Origin: the human T2T-CHM13v2.0 reference genome, Homo sapiens
Length of the DNA stretch: 64,000 nucleotides
Strand: one strand, 5' to 3'
Assembly: GCF_009914755.1 (NCBI RefSeq)
Contig: NC_060928.1
Translations under genes and position numbers: made by a program
Notes under the pieces: model-generated
Told to the model about the DNA's origin: nothing
Seen by the model: the letters and a program-made list of their open reading frames with translations, nothing else
The model's database searches: none
Shown here: positions 1 to 15,284 of the stretch, piece by piece
Numbering within the stretch: position 1 is the first letter of the stretch
Layout of the letters: each line of letters opens with the position of its first letter

Positions 1-587
1 GTAACTTAATAAAGCTGAAAAAAATCGATGTAGTAATTATACTAATGATTATATTACATGTATTATATGTCATCCTTAATTGTCATAACATGTTTAAAAA
101 TAGTGCCCAATTAAACCTTGATTAGGTGACTCCTACATTGAATTATAGATTTATGTGAAAATAGAAGTTTAAAAAGTAAAGAAAGAAAAAGTTATTTCAG
201 CAAACATTTGTACAACATTGTGCTTATTATGCACTTACATTTGTTTTTAATTAAACCTAAAGAGAATATGAGTTAAATCATATTGCATTACATGAAAATT
301 TATTCATCATCAATCATGTTTTGGGGAGAAATTATGTTTTTTCATGGACATAGGTTAGGACTATGGAACTTCAGCAACTTATTTTTTTTTTTTATTTTTT
401 TGCAGGTTGGAAATCAAGTGATAAAGCTGAGAGACATGAGTTTCCCTCAAGGGATGATTTTACATCCATTTTGAAATATTACATAGATTTCTGTTTCTCT
501 TATATATTTACACCAGTGTTATTTATAAATTCATTTACTTTTAAAATAAATATTAACTGAGAACCTATTTTATACCAGGTACAATTT

Positions 588-3500
588 TAATTTTTTAATT
601 TTTATCATAATAGGCATATATATGTATATATAGTACATGTGGCGTTTTGATACAGTAATACAACATGTAATAATCAAATCAGGGTAACGGGGTATCCTCA
701 CTGAAAGCATTTATCATTTCTTTGAGTTAAGAACATTATAGTGTTTCCCTTTTCATTATTTTAAGACATACTCTGAATTATTGACTGTAGTTACCTTGTC
801 AGTACTATCAAATATTAGACCTTATTCTTTCTAACTACATTTTTGTACCCATTAAACATCCCACTTTCTCTCTTCCTCCTTGCTATCCTTCCCAGCATCT
901 GGTCAGCATCATTGTACTCTCAAACTCTATGACTCCATTGTTTTAATTTTTAGTGCCACATATAAGTGAAATAATATAAACTTTGTATTTCTCTGCCAGG
1001 CTTATTTCACTTAACATAATGTCCTCCAGTTCCATCCATCCTGTTGCAAATGACATGGTTTTATTCTTTTTTATGATTGAATAATATTCCACTGGGTTTA
1101 TGTATCATATTTTCTTTATCTGTTCATCTTTTGATGGAAACTTAGGTTAATTCCAAATCTTGCCTATTGTGAATAGTGCTGCAATAAACATGGGAATGCA
1201 GATACCTCTTCAATTTATTGATTTCCTTTCTTTAGGGTATATACCTATCAGTGATATTGCTGGATCACATGGTAGTTCTATTTCTAGTTTTTTAAGAAAC
1301 CTCCATTCTGCTTCTCTATAGTGGCTGTAATAATTTATTGTCACCAAGAGTGTATGAAGTTTCCTCTTTCTCCACATCCTCACCAACATTTATTATTGTC
1401 TGACTTTTTGATAAAAGCCATCTTAACTGGGATAAGATAATATCTCATTGTAGGTTTGATTTGCATTTATCTGATAATTAATTATATTGCACATTTTTAT
1501 ATACATGTTGGCCTTTCCATATGTCTCCTTCTGAGAAATGTCTATTCACATATTTTGCCCAGTATATTATTTTTCTTATTGAGGTGTTGGGCTACCTTGT
1601 ATATTCTGGTTATTGAACCCTTGTCAAATAGGCAGTTTGCAAATATTTTCCCTCATTGTTTAGGTTGTCTGATCAATTTATTAACTGTATCCTCTGCTGG
1701 AGAGAAGCTTTTTAGCTTGATGAGATCCTATTGGTCCATGTTTATTTTTGTTGCCTGTGCTTTTCAGATATTACTCAAGAAATCTTTGTCCAGACCAATG
1801 TCCTGGAAAGTTTCTGCACTATTTTTTTCAATACTTTCATAGTTTCAGGTTTTAGATTTAAGTCCTTAATCAAATTTTGATTTGATTTTTGTATGTGATG
1901 ACAGATAGGAGTCTAGTTTCATTTTTCTGCATGTGGATGTCCAGTTTTCTCATCATTTATTGGAGAGACTGTCCTCTCCCTGATGTATATTCTTGGCACC
2001 TTTGTTGAAAATGTTGTAGATGTATGAATTTATCTCTGGAATTTCTATTCTGTTCCATTGGTCAATGTGTCTGTTTTATGCCAGTACTGTGCTATTTCAG
2101 TTAAAACAGCTCTGTAGTATAATTTAAAGATGGTAATGTGATTCCTCCAGTTTTGTTCTTTTTGCTCAGGATGGCTCTGGCTATTCCGGGTCTTTTGTGG
2201 TTCCATATGAATTTCAGGACACTTTTTTTATTTCTGTGAAGAATATCATTGGTATCTTGACTGTAGATTGCTTTGGGTAGTATGGATATTTTAACAATAT
2301 TAATTATTCCAATTCATGAACATAGAATATCTTTACATTTTTGTGTCTTCTTTAATTCCTTTTATCAATATTTTATAGTTTATATTGTAGAGATATTTTA
2401 CATCTTTGGTTAAGTTTATTCTTAGGTATTTTATTTTATTTGTAGCCTTTATAAGTTGAGTTACTTTTATAATTTTTGTAGATTTTTTCTTTGGCATATG
2501 GAAATGCTACTGATTTTTGCATGTTGATTTTGTATCCTACTACTTTTCTGAATTTATCAGTTCTGATAGTTTTTTGAAGGAGTCTTGATTTTGCTAGACA
2601 TTAGATCATATAATCTGCAAAAAGAATAATTTGATTTATTTTCAATTTGAATACCTTTATTTCTTTCTCTTGTCTAATTGCTCTAGTGGTAACATCCTTG
2701 GATAAATCCCACTTGATCATGATAAAGGATCTTTTTATTGTGTTGTTGCTTTTGATTTGCTGCAGTCAGTTGAGAATTTTGCATCTGTTTCCATCAGAGA
2801 TACTGGCCTATAGTTTTTATTGATGTTGTTGTATCTTTGTCTGGTTTTGGTAGCAGGAAAATACTGGCCTCATAGAATGAGTTTGAAAATATTTTCTCCT
2901 CTTAGATTATTTGGAATGGTTTCAGTGGAATTAGTATCTGTTCTTCTTCAAATGTGTGGTAGAATTCAGGAGTGAAGTCATGGGGTCCTGAACTTTTCTT
3001 TGATGGGAGATTTATTATGACTTGAGTCTTGTTACTTGTTATTGGTTAATTTTGGTTTTAGATTTCATCATGGTTCAATATTGGTAGGTTGTATGTGTCT
3101 AGGAATTTATTCATTTCTTCTAGGTTTTTCAATTTTGGCATATAATTGCTTATCTTTAATGATCTTTTGAGTTTCTAGGTTATCAGTTATAATATCTCCT
3201 TTTTCATCTCTAATTTTATTTGGTCTTCTCTCTTCTTTGTCTGGCTAAAGTTTGGGTTATTTGGTTTATTTTTTCAAAAAACCAAGTTTTTCAATAATCT
3301 TTTCTATTTTAGAATTTTGTTTATTTCTGCTCTGATCTCTATTATTTATTTTTTCCTATTAATTTTGGCTTGCTTTTCCTTGTCTAGTTCTGTAAAACAC
3401 ATTGTTAGGTTATTTATTTGAAGTTTTTATTCCCTTTTGATGTAAGCATTTACTGCTATAAACTTTCCTTTTAGTACTGATTTTTGTGTATCCCATAGGT

Positions 3501-6500
3501 TCTGATATGTTGTCTTTTCATTACTATTTTTTTCAAAACATTTGTTAGTTTCCATCATAATTTCTTTATTGACCTACTGGTCGTTCAGGAACATTTTGTG
3601 TAATGTCTGTGTTTCTGTACAGCTTTCAAAGTTCCTCTTGTTACTGATTATTCCATTGTCAGAAAAGACACATATCTTAATTTTATTTTTTTGAATATTT
3701 TGTATCACCTAATGTATGGTCTGTATTTGAGAGTGATCCATGTGCTGAGGAAAAGAATGTATATCCTGCAGCTGTTAGACGAAGTATTCTAAAAGTATCT
3801 ACTAGGTTCATTTGATCTATAGTGCAGATTAAATCCAATATTTCTTTGTTGATTTTCTGTTTGGATGAGCTTTCACTGCAGAAATTAGGGTGTTCAGGTG
3901 TCCAGCTAGTATTGTATTAATGTCTATCTCTCTCTTTAATTTTAACATTTGTTTTATATATCTTTGTGCTCCGGGGCTCAGTGCATATATATTTACAATT
4001 GCTATATCTTCTTGATAAGTTGGTCACTTTATTATCACAGTGATATAATTTTACCCTTCTTTGTCTCTTTTGATAGTTTTTATCTTAAAATATCTTTATC
4101 TGTTATGAGTATACTTACTTCTGCTGTTTTGGTTTCCATTGCATGGAATATCTTTTTTCATCTTTTTATTTTAAGTCTATGTGTGTCTTTCTAGTTGAAA
4201 TTAGTTTCTTGTATGTAGCGTATTGTTTGACCTCTTTTTTAAAAATTTATTCAGCCACTTTATCTTTTGATTAGATAATTTAGTTCAGTTACATTCAATG
4301 TTATTATTGATACATAAGGATTTATGACTGCCATTTTGCTATTGTTCTGTGGTTATTTTTTGATTCTCTGTTTCTTCCTTTATTTCTGTCTTCTTTTCTG
4401 TAAACATTTTTTTTCTGGCAGTATGTTTAATTTCTATCTTTTTAAATTTTTGTGTATTTCTTGTACTTTTTTGTAATTTGAAGTTACCATGATTGCAAGT
4501 AATATTTTATAACCATTTATTTTAAATTGATGACAACTCAACTCTGATTACAAAAAGCAAACAATTGAACCAACAAAGGGAAAACTAAAACTTTACACAA
4601 CTCCATTCCTCCTACTTCTTGTTTATTTCCATTTATGCTTTTTTATAGTCTCTATCCCTTAAGAAGTTATTGTAATTATTGTATTTTATGTTTTTTTAAT
4701 TCTTCCCACTCAAGATGTAAGTAGTTTACACACCACAATTACAGTGTTAAAATATTCTGTATTTTTCCAAGTACTTACTGCTACCAGTCTATTTTGTATC
4801 TTTAGATGATTTCTTATTGTTCATTAGCATCCTTTTCTTTTAGATTAATACATTCTCTTTAGCATTTCTTATAGGACAGGTTTGATGTTAATGAAATTCC
4901 TCAGCTTTTATTAGTTTGGGAAAGACTATTTCTCCTTCATATTTGAAATATATGTATATATATTTTTTCTAGATATAATATTCTAGAAGAAAAAAGTGTT
5001 TTTTGTTTGTTTGTTTCTTTTATTTAACAAGTTGAATATGTCATGTCATTCTCTCCTGGCCTGTGAGGTTTCCACTGAGAAGGCTGTTGTCAACATACTG
5101 GAGATATTTCTTATGTCATTTGTTGTCTTATATTGCCATTTTTGAATCCTTACTTTATACCTAACATTTAGGACTTTGATAATTAAATGCCTTGAGGTAG
5201 CCTTATTTGTGTTAAGGTCTCTTGAGGTTCTATGACCTTCTTGTATCTAAATATTTATAACTTTCTCTAGAACTGAAAAGTTTTCTGTTATTATTTCTTT
5301 GAATACATTTTCTTACCTGATCTCTCTCTCGATATATATATAGATATATCTATATATATCTATATGTATATATATATAGATATATCTATATATATCTATA
5401 TGTGTATATATATAGATATATCTATATATATCTATATGTGTATATATATACTCTTTAAAGAGTACAGCCAATACCTCTTTGATTTGCCCTTTCAAGTTTT
5501 TTTCGATCTTGTAGGCATACTTCATTATTTTTTTCTTTTTTTCTTTTTTCTCCTCTGTGTATTTTCATATAGCATGTCTTCAAGTTTACCTATTATTTCT
5601 TCTGCTGCTGAGTGAGTCCTGAGCATTTCGTACTTTTCCAATTGAGTTTTTCAGTTGCAGAATTTCTGCTGGTTTTTAAAAAATTGTTTTAATCTCTGTT
5701 AAATCTCAATGATAAGATTCTGAATTCATTCTTCATGTTATCTTCAAGTTCTTTGTGCTTCCTTCCTCAAAACAGATATTTAAAATTCTTTGTCTAAAAG
5801 GCAACTTATCTCTAGCACTCCAGGATTGGTCACTGTTGCCTTATTTAATTCATTTGGTGGAGGTCCTTTGTATTCTGGATGTTCTTGATGCTTAGTGGAT
5901 ATTCACTGATATCTGAGCATTGAAGTTTTAGATATTTACTCTAATTCTTAGTCTGGGCTTAGTTGTACTCATCCTACTTGAAAAGGCTTTCCAGATATTC
6001 AAAATAAATTGAACAATGTGAGTTAACTCTTGGTCACTGCAGCCATATCAGCTCTAGGGGACATCCTAGGCCACGTAATGCTGTGGCTCTTGCAGACCCC
6101 TAGATGTATTACCTTGGTGGATTTGGATAGAATCCAAAATAATTTCCTGGATTACACAGCAAAGTTTCTTATTTTCTTCCCTCATTTTCCTCCAAACAGA
6201 AGTCTGTCTCTGTATGTGCCACAGTGTCTGGAGTTAGGGAACGAGTGATGCAAGCAGTTCTGTGGCCACTGCAACTGGATCTGTGATGGATCAACTTGAG
6301 TTCACCACGGTACTGGGTATCAGTTAAGTCCTGTGAGGACTACTACCTGGCTACTGCTAATGTTTATTCAAGGCCCAAAGGCTCTTTTGTCAGCAGGTGG
6401 TGAATCCTGAGAGAACTGGGTCCTTCCCTTCAGGGCAGTGAGTTCCCTTCTGGCTAAGGGTTTATCTAGAAAATGCCATCCAGGAGCTAGAACCTGGAAT

Positions 6501-7280
6501 TGAGAAGTTCAGAAGTCTGCTTAGTGTTTTATTTTACTATGGCTTAGCCAGTACTCAAGTTTTAAGACAAAAAGCCCTCTGTACTCTTCCCTCTCCTTTC
6601 CCCAAGTGGAAAAATAATAATAATAATAATTCTCCCTTAGCTGTGCTGCCTGGAGTTGGAAAAGGGTCAATGAAAATACTCCTCTGGCCATTACAACTGG
6701 TGTCTCCGTGTCACAGGCACTCCACATCCATTGGCTCCAAGGCCAGAGGAGCATGAGGACTTCACCAAGGACTGCAGTCCTTTGTGGCCTGTCTTCCAAA
6801 TTTATTCAGGACCCCAGGGCACTTCAGTCCATTGATGGTGAAGCTAGCTGAAACTTAGCTTCCTTCCACTGAGACAGAGGATACCCTTCCGGTAAGGGCT
6901 GGTTTAAATGTTCTCTCCATGGGCTCTGGTGAAATTCTGCCCTGTGTTGCCTTCCATTGTGACAGAGTAGCACTGAGTTCCAATGCAAAATCCCAGAATC
7001 ATTTGGCTCTCCCTCCACATTAAATACACAGATTCTCTCTCCTTGAGGCACTGCCAAGGGATGGGCAAAGGATTATGTAGGCAATGTAAGATTGTCTTTC
7101 TACCCTCTTCAGTCCCTTTTTCCTTGGTATGATGTTAAAACCAGGTTCTGTGATTTCTTACCTGATTTTTGGTTCTTATGAAGGTGCTTTCTTTTATGGA
7201 TAGTTGTTCAATTTGGTGTTCCTTTTGGGGGATGATTGTTGGATGGTTTTATTTGGCAATCTTGCACCACTTTCTCTTCC
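588..7280 (-). mobile_element. Near-full-length old LINE-1 (L1MA2-4-like 3' end, L1M/L1PB-type 5'UTR), degraded, with internal deletions
   Basis: L1MA-type 3'UTR 'taataatcaaatcagggtaacggggtatcc' at ~670. Antisense ORF2-like sequence at ~1000-4500. The 5'UTR terminus resembles that of the element at 62192. Target-site duplication (TSD) ccaggtacaattt (575-587) / cctggtacaattt (7281-7293). Confidence 0.9.
5321..5451. repeat. TA-rich microsatellite/minisatellite inside the L1 (~35 bp unit x3)
   Basis: Repeated 'tatatatagatatatctatatatatctatatgtg' units with a self-complementary core. Confidence 0.9.
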
Positions 7281-8164
7281 CCTGGTACAATTTCATGTGA
7301 AGAGAACAAAATAAAGAAAAATAAAATAAAACTTTGCTTTCATAAATCTTATATTCTAAAGGGAGGTATACATAAAATAAATAAGTTAAACATATAATGT
7401 GTCAGACTGTAAAAAGTCATTGGGACAAAATAAAGTATGAATGATGCTGATGAGAAAGAAATAGGAGAGTTTATATTTAAAATGAGATGCTTGGAGGATA
7501 ACTACTGAGAAGACAGCATTGAAGCAAACTTCCAGGAAATTAGGCAGCAATTCCTGTAGTTACCTGGGAGAATGGTATTCCAAACAGAGGTACAGCAGAT
7601 TCAAAATCTCTGAAGCAGAGATCTTGGTATGTTCAATAGCAGCAAGTTGATCAGCATTGCTGGAAAAAAAATGAAGGAAGAGAAAGAGTAGTGGAAGATA
7701 AAGCTAAAAAGTCAACAGCAGCTATAACATGAGAACCTTATAGGTCATTAGCATTTTGTGTAAAAGAAGAACAGAGTAACAATGACCTAACATATGCAGC
7801 ATATTATTCTGACTTCCATGTTATTTATAGATTTGGTGTTGGTGGTAGAATAGGAAGCAAGTATGTGAAAATGGATATTATTAAGAGGCTATTGTAATAA
7901 TTCAGTTAAGATATTTTAGTAGTTTGGCTTATGATATTAGCAATGGAAGTAGCAAGAATTGTTTTGATTCTGGATATTTTTTAAATAGTGCCAAAATTAT
8001 AAGCTATTTGGATGTGAGAAGTGGAAAAAAAAAAGAAATCAGGAATCAAAAACGACAGTCATTTGGCCAGCACAACTGAAAGTGGCTCTTCATAAGGAAA
8101 ATAAGACATGATATATGTTACAATGAAATATTTGGTTTGGTCAATGAGCTATATGTAGTAGAAG

Positions 8165-8621
8165 TGTGAGCCTCAAATATCTGACACAGGTCTCAGTCAA
8201 TTTAGAAATTTATTTTGCCAAAGTTAAAGATGCACACACGTAACACAGCAACACAGCCTCAGGAGATCCTGACAATATGTGTCCAAGGTGGTTGGGGAAC
8301 AGCTTGGTTTTATATATTTTAGAAAGACAGGAGACATCAATCAATAGATGTATGATGTACATTGGTTTAGTCTGGAAGGATAGGGCAACTCAAAAAGGAG
8401 AGGAGGCTTCCAGGTCATAGGTGGACAAGAGACAAATGGTTGCATTCCTTTGAGTTTCTGATTAGCCTTTCCAAAAGAAGCAATCAGGTTTCCTTTTATC
8501 TCAGTGAGCAGAGGGATGACTTTTGATAGAATGGGAGGCAGTTTTGCCCTATGCAGTTTCCAATTGACTTTTCTCTTTAGCTTAGTAATTTTGGGGTCCA
8601 AAGATTTATTTTCCTTTCACA
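8165..8621 (-). mobile_element. Solo LTR, MER4A-like (ERV1 class)
   Basis: Reverse strand starts tgtgaaaggaaaataaatctttggaccccaaaatt. TG...CA termini. Perfect 4-bp TSD gaag (8161-8164 / 8622-8625). Confidence 0.9.
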
Positions 8622-9508
8622 GAAGTCATACCATTAAGACAAATGAAATAAAGATAAGCTAATGACTGAAGAAGTGGACATTTCAATTTGAGAGTATTGA
8701 GGCGAGGTGGTTTCTGGAAATAAGATTTAGGAAAATGCTGCCCAAATAAGTGAGCTTAATTTTTCTAAAACTGAGAAAATAATATGAGGAACAGGATTGG
8801 GGAAAATGATCAGTAGTCCATCTTTTATGTATCTTAAGTTTGAGTTGCCTATTACTCATGCAAGAGGAGATGTTTAGTAAGCTATAAAATATGACTTCTT
8901 ATTATATATTTGATATTTAAAGCCATTGACCTATATGTTAACAAAGTATGAAATAACGAAAACAGATGCTTTAAGGACTGGAGCTGGAGCAATTCAAAGT
9001 TTTGAGGACTGAGAGATGAGCAGAAACCTTCAATAGGGAAAGAGAAGAAGTGGAGAGACAAAAAGGAGAGATTTTTGATCCAAAATTTAAATACTGAAAG
9101 TGTTTCACTTGATGAAATATTGTAAAAGTTGTTAATAGGCTAAGAAATACTACCATTATAATTTACCCTTGTATTTAGCAATGTGATGAATAAGAGTGAG
9201 AAGAGCAGTTTCTAGAAATGATGGCCACAGTAGCCAGAATTTATCACATTCAAGAAAAAATGAAAGGGGAGAAACTGGAAGACAGGAGTTAATATTTTTC
9301 AAAGATGGCAAGTTTTAAAAGAGAATGGAGAAATGAAGTTAGAACAGGTTTTATTTGTTGCTTGGTTTTTGCTTGTTTAAGAAAGGCCGAATTTCTTGTG
9401 GTCTTATATGCGAATAATGTTTACTCTGGAGAGAGAGAATAGCAATAAGAAGTACTGAAGCAATGTCTTTGATTTGGTTTGAGGAAATGACATATAAGTA
9501 GAAGCGTG

Positions 9509-9883
9509 TGATATGGTTTGGTTCTGTGTCCCCACCCAAATCTCATCCTGAATTGTAATCCCTATAATCCCCACATGTCAAGGGCAGAACCAGGTGGAAG
9601 TAATTGAATTATGGGGGCAGTTTCTCCTATGCTGTTCTCATAATGGTGAGTAAGTCTCATGAGACCTGATGGTTTTATAAGCATCTGGCATTTCTTCTAT
9701 TTACACTCAATCCGTCCTTCCATCCTGTGAAGAAGCTGCCTATTTCTCCTTTGCCTTCCACCATGCTGGTAATTTTCCTGAGTCCTCCTCAGCAATGCAG
9801 AACTGTGAGTCAATTAAACATCTTTCCTTTATGAATTACCCTGTCTGGAATATTTGTTCATAGCAGTGTGAGAATTGAATACA
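9509..9883 (+). mobile_element. Solo MaLR LTR, THE1C/D-like
   Basis: Starts tgatatggtttggttctgtgtccccacccaaatctcatc and ends aataca. TSD gcgtg/gggtg (4/5). Confidence 0.9.
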
Positions 9884-10464
9884 GGGTGACATAACCTGGG
9901 TACCTGAACAGTCCCCATTCATATTAACAGAGGAAAAGGGAAGATATGAGAAGGAAAGTTAAGAAATTAACATCTCAAGAAACAATAGACTGAAAGGATT
10001 TAAAAATATAATATAAATACCAGGCAACCCAAAGGACCCACTTGAGGTTGATAGTCATGTATATAACGTGAGGCTATTCAGTATAATTTTGTTTGTCAGC
10101 GAACCATGTTCAGTTGCACAAGCCCTGTAAATAGCTGGTATTTGTCTTTGAAGTTTTACCAGCTGAGTTTGACCATGCCAGAGAAGAATGAGTAGTTTGA
10201 TGGTGCTTGTAAGGGTGTGATTATATTGCTGAACCTGGGCACACAAGTAAATGAGAATATACTGTGTATCAGAAAGAAACATTTGGTTTCATCAATGAGT
10301 TATATATCATAAAAGTCATGTGACTAGAAGAAATAAGATAGAAACAAATAAATAACTGGGGATTTGAACATTAAATTTGAGGTATGAAGGGGATGCGGTT
10401 ACTGGAAATAAAGAGATTTAGGGAAGTACTCTCCAATAAAAATGTATGTGATGATAAGAATGTT

Positions 10465-10608
10465 AATATAGCCACAATAGCCACTACCACATATAACTAA
10501 TGTCCTTCTGATATGTGGCTACTGCAACTAAGAAATTAACTCATTTTAATAAACTTAATTTATAAAATCTGCCTATAGCTATAGGTTAATAAATTTGGCA
10601 GTGCAGGT
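10465..10608. mobile_element. MER3/MER33-like hAT DNA transposon fragment
   Basis: Palindromic 'tagccac...atgtggcta' motifs and the terminal 'ggcagtgcag'. Confidence 0.55.
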
Positions 10609-11229
10609 TTAGGAGCTGCTCATGAGAATGAATGGTTGAGGAATATTGGAGTAATATCAAAAATAGTTTTAGGGAATGAGCTAGAAGGAGAATGAGCTAG
10701 AGATAAAGGAGGAATTGCCACAATGAGAATAGATGAGTATCCTCTATAGTGGGTAATGGGTGGTATAGTCTGCTGCCATGAAATCCAAACATAGGAAATT
10801 TTAGGAAGCAAAGAGAGAAAGTTCTAGATTCTAGAGGTGGAAATGAGGTTCAGTGCAACAAGATGTGTGAAAAGAAAAATATTCATTACTTGAGAGGGCT
10901 GCATGAGTAGTCATGTTCTCACAGGAGAGACATGGTTCAATCAGAGTAATAAGGTGAAGAAAGCCTTCAGGGAAAAGAATGAATGTATATAAGATATTTT
11001 GCTATAAAAATATACCCTGAGTTACAGATGGCATGGTAGAAATTTTTTTAATATAGGAGATTTGGGAGTTGAGTTGCAAATTAAGTAAATAAATAAACGA
11101 AGTCTTATGGGGATGATAGTTCAGAGAATGGGGATTGACAGGGGTAAAGAGTATAATAAGATTAATCCTGATTGTCACAGGACAGATAGACTTTGTTGTA
11201 CCCTCTTGGGTCAGTAAGCATATCAACCT

Positions 11230-11340
11230 TTTCATTCAACAAATGCTAATTAATCATTGGCCATGTGCTGGACTTTCCGCATGACTCCAGGCAATAAATG
11301 GACAGCACCTAAAATGGACATGATTCCCCCTCTAATTTTC
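11230..11340 (-). mobile_element. L2 3'-end fragment
   Basis: 'ttcattcaacaaatgctaattaatcattggccatgtgctggac'. Confidence 0.55.
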
Positions 11341-12039
11341 TGCTAAAATACCTCTTAGGGTAACGTACTCTGCAATCTTATTACCTGCTGTGTAAACAAA
11401 TATTTTGTGCAATGGATATTTTTCTGTTTTTAGGTATTGTTCTCCTGTTGATTAGCATCCTTTTTTCTTTCAAAAAGAATAGATAAATCCTTTTACTCTC
11501 CCCTTAAATGATCACTTTCGGTTTTACCCACTAAAATCTCAAATTATTTTAGTTGTTCTTTACAAGCCATTCTTTGGCTGCATTATGATCATTTAAAATC
11601 TTCATAAAACTTTCAGAAAACATAAAGGGCAAATGTCATGACTACTTGATAGGTAAAAGCAATGAGGACAATTGAAGTAAACTGAGCCTCTATTCCAGAT
11701 ATTACAATAAAATGCCGTCATCAGCAAAACCCTACATCATTCCAAATGCTAATCTATCAGTTTTACAAAATAGTTAGAAAATGTTTTGTGTTTTGCTTCT
11801 AATATAGAACATTCTATTGTCCATTTTGGACACGGAAACAAAATGATCTTATTTGCACAGGAAAACGCAGTCATGATTAAACATCTGTGCTAGAGTGTAA
11901 CCACAGCACAGAGAGCCTTTTCATGATTCCAAATTAGAACTTGCAATGCCAGTAATTAATTAATTCATATATACAATGGACATTTTCCCCCTTTCTTGTC
12001 TTACTTGACTTGCCTCTCAACTTGAATTGCCTCTCAACT

Positions 12040-12580
12040 TGAATTTCTTAAACTTTCCTTTCTGAAACTGTTCCTTCTGACTTTCGTGACACCACTCTCC
12101 CCAGATTTTCTCTGCATTTTTCTTTTGAATACTTTCTCCTAAAAATTTAGTATTCATAGATTCTCTTTCCCCTCTTAATCCTAGATATTCATACCCTCTC
12201 CCACTCTTCTAATTCTTATGCTGATGACTCCAGATCAATATTTATAATTGATTTTTATCTTGAATTTAAAAACTGCCTACTGGATATCTTAACACAGATG
12301 TCTAAAGGCATCTTAGACTTACTGTGTCCAAATTGAACTCATTGTATTGCCCCCTTACAATCCTCCATATTTCCTTTTGTTTGTTACTGTTAATAGTAGA
12401 ACCATGACACATTCAGACCAGAAACCTGGGGTTTTAACTTCTTCCATTGTTCCCCTTTCTCATTATTCCCTCTCGACATAGGCATTTGCTTCTCTTACAG
12501 TGTACTTCCTTCTTTGAATACCCAGTGTCTGATACCTAGTAATGCTTAAAAATGTCTGCTAAATTTAGTTGAGTGATGAA
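12040..12580 (+). mobile_element. L2 fragment
   Basis: 'gacaccactctcc', 'tatgctgatgactcc', 'tccaaattgaactc' and a 3'-end-like 'aatgcttaaaaatgtctgctaaat'. Confidence 0.65.
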
Positions 12581-13330
12581 AACTCTTAATAACCAGTGCA
12601 TTGTGTAACATTTCTCCATGATACTCTAACTTTTCAATGATCTACAAAGCTTGCTCCAGTTTCAAAGAATTTTTAAATATATTTTTCCCAGTCTGCATTT
12701 TTGATATTACTTTAGCTTTTTACCTTTTTAATAAATGAAGCTTCCAGTTATAGCATAATACCAAACTAAATTCACAAATGGAAAATTGCTTACCAAAATG
12801 GATTGACGTACTTTGACCAATTCACCTAACTCCCATAAAATCATTTTGTTATAATATAAACAGATAATTTGGATATCTTTTTAAAGAAAAAAAGAGATAA
12901 AATTTAATTTGAAGAAAAATATTTATTTTGTATCATTATAATGATAATAAATTGCACTATCTCAGCCCATTTTCATAGTTTCAACATAAGAGCTTTTTTG
13001 TTAAAATATCGGTGAAGGTTCAAACATATATTTTGAACTTAGTATGATGTTAAAAATTAGACAGTTTTATAGTCATTTATTTGTTTCTATGTTAGGCACT
13101 CACACTTTCCCTTTTCTTAATAACTAATAAAACAAGGAATAACTTAGTTTTCATTAATCTTAATATACTTTAAAATATTCAGCCAGTGCCTACTCATTTG
13201 TCCCTATTCCAGAAACTAATTCAACAAAATTTGCTTCCATTCATACTACCATAGCAAACTTCACCACACTGCACCAACTCCCTCCAACTCTATTTGTTGA
13301 ATGAAAACCTTGCACTTTTTTAGAAAATGA

Positions 13331-14060
<730 letters not shown>

Positions 14061-14208
14061 GTATGTATTCTATTTATAATACAGAAGTGATTCAGGTTAA
14101 ATTTTTTAGCTCTGTTGATGCAAGCTTTTGTTTGGGTGGGTTACTCCAATGTCTAGATTGAAGGGAGGCATGAGAATCAGGTAGCAGTAACCAACCCTTT
14201 ACCCATAA

Positions 14209-14454
<246 letters not shown>

Positions 14455-15284
14455 TGATATTATTAAAATGATGTCTGATAGTTTATCACCATTTGCCCAT
14501 CACCTATGTCTTATTTAACCCTTAGTTAAAAACACAGAATAAAGAAAGCCATGCAACATATTAAATTTCTGCAATTCCAATAACATTGAAGATAGAACGA
14601 AATGTTGGGAAGCAGAAGAAAATAACAGGAAGAACATTTTCCAATGGCTTCTGCCCAATGCTCAGAGTAGTGTGTACACTGCTTGAAAATGGATTCAAGA
14701 TAGCTGTAATGATAGCAGTTCACTTTCAGACACATATTCTTCAAGTTACACAGTCATTTTAATAAACTTAAAATGTAAGCATTTCCTTTTCCAATATTTT
14801 AAGCAGCACATTTTGTTCCATTTATAAACTCTAAGTAACCTTTGCTTTCCTTCTTTTTCTGAAAGCTCAAGTCTAATGGGAGTAAATGATTATAATGACA
14901 TTTAGCATTTCTAAAATATCTCTCTAAAACTTCTCCATAAATAGTGACCATTGATGTTTCTATGAATAACTGTATATTAAAAGTGGAAAGACATGAGTCC
15001 AGTGGAAAAAATCAGCATTTTACCCAACAACATGTTCTCTTACAAACCTTATTTTTATAAATGCTTTTTCATGGAGTTTTTGTAATTACACGCCCCAAGT
15101 ATTAATAGTTTATGCTAAGTAATAATCGTACAGTATTAAGTACTTTATACAATGCAACTAAACATCCATGTATAAAATACAAAGGCTTATTGCTAAACCT
15201 ATTACATTATTACCTTGATATCTTGGGATGTAATAATGTCCCACTTGATTATTTGCAGCAAAATAATTAAGAGAGAAGCCTCTG

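Larger units (their letters stand above)
520..11150 (-). mobile_element. Long fragmented L2 LINE relic (pieces ~520-587, 7294-8164, 8626-9503, ~9889-11150) hosting later L1, MER4A, THE1 and MER3-like insertions
   Basis: The L2 3'-end-like motif 'ttcatttactt...aaatattaactgagaacctattttataccaggtac' continues after the L1 as 'gaacaaaa...tgctttcataaatcttatattctaaagggagg'. Purine-rich L2-like sequence follows. The right boundary is approximate. Confidence 0.6.

Noticed and set aside
378-410. Strong-looking splice acceptor (poly-T…gcag|g)
   Set aside because: There is no convincing downstream donor or coding signal, and T-runs are common in this AT-rich DNA.
12010-12043. Perfect 17-bp tandem duplication ttgcctctcaacttgaa x2 (also a ~19-bp x3 repeat at ~29068-29123)
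   Set aside because: These are ordinary slippage duplications without spacers, not CRISPR-like or functional arrays.
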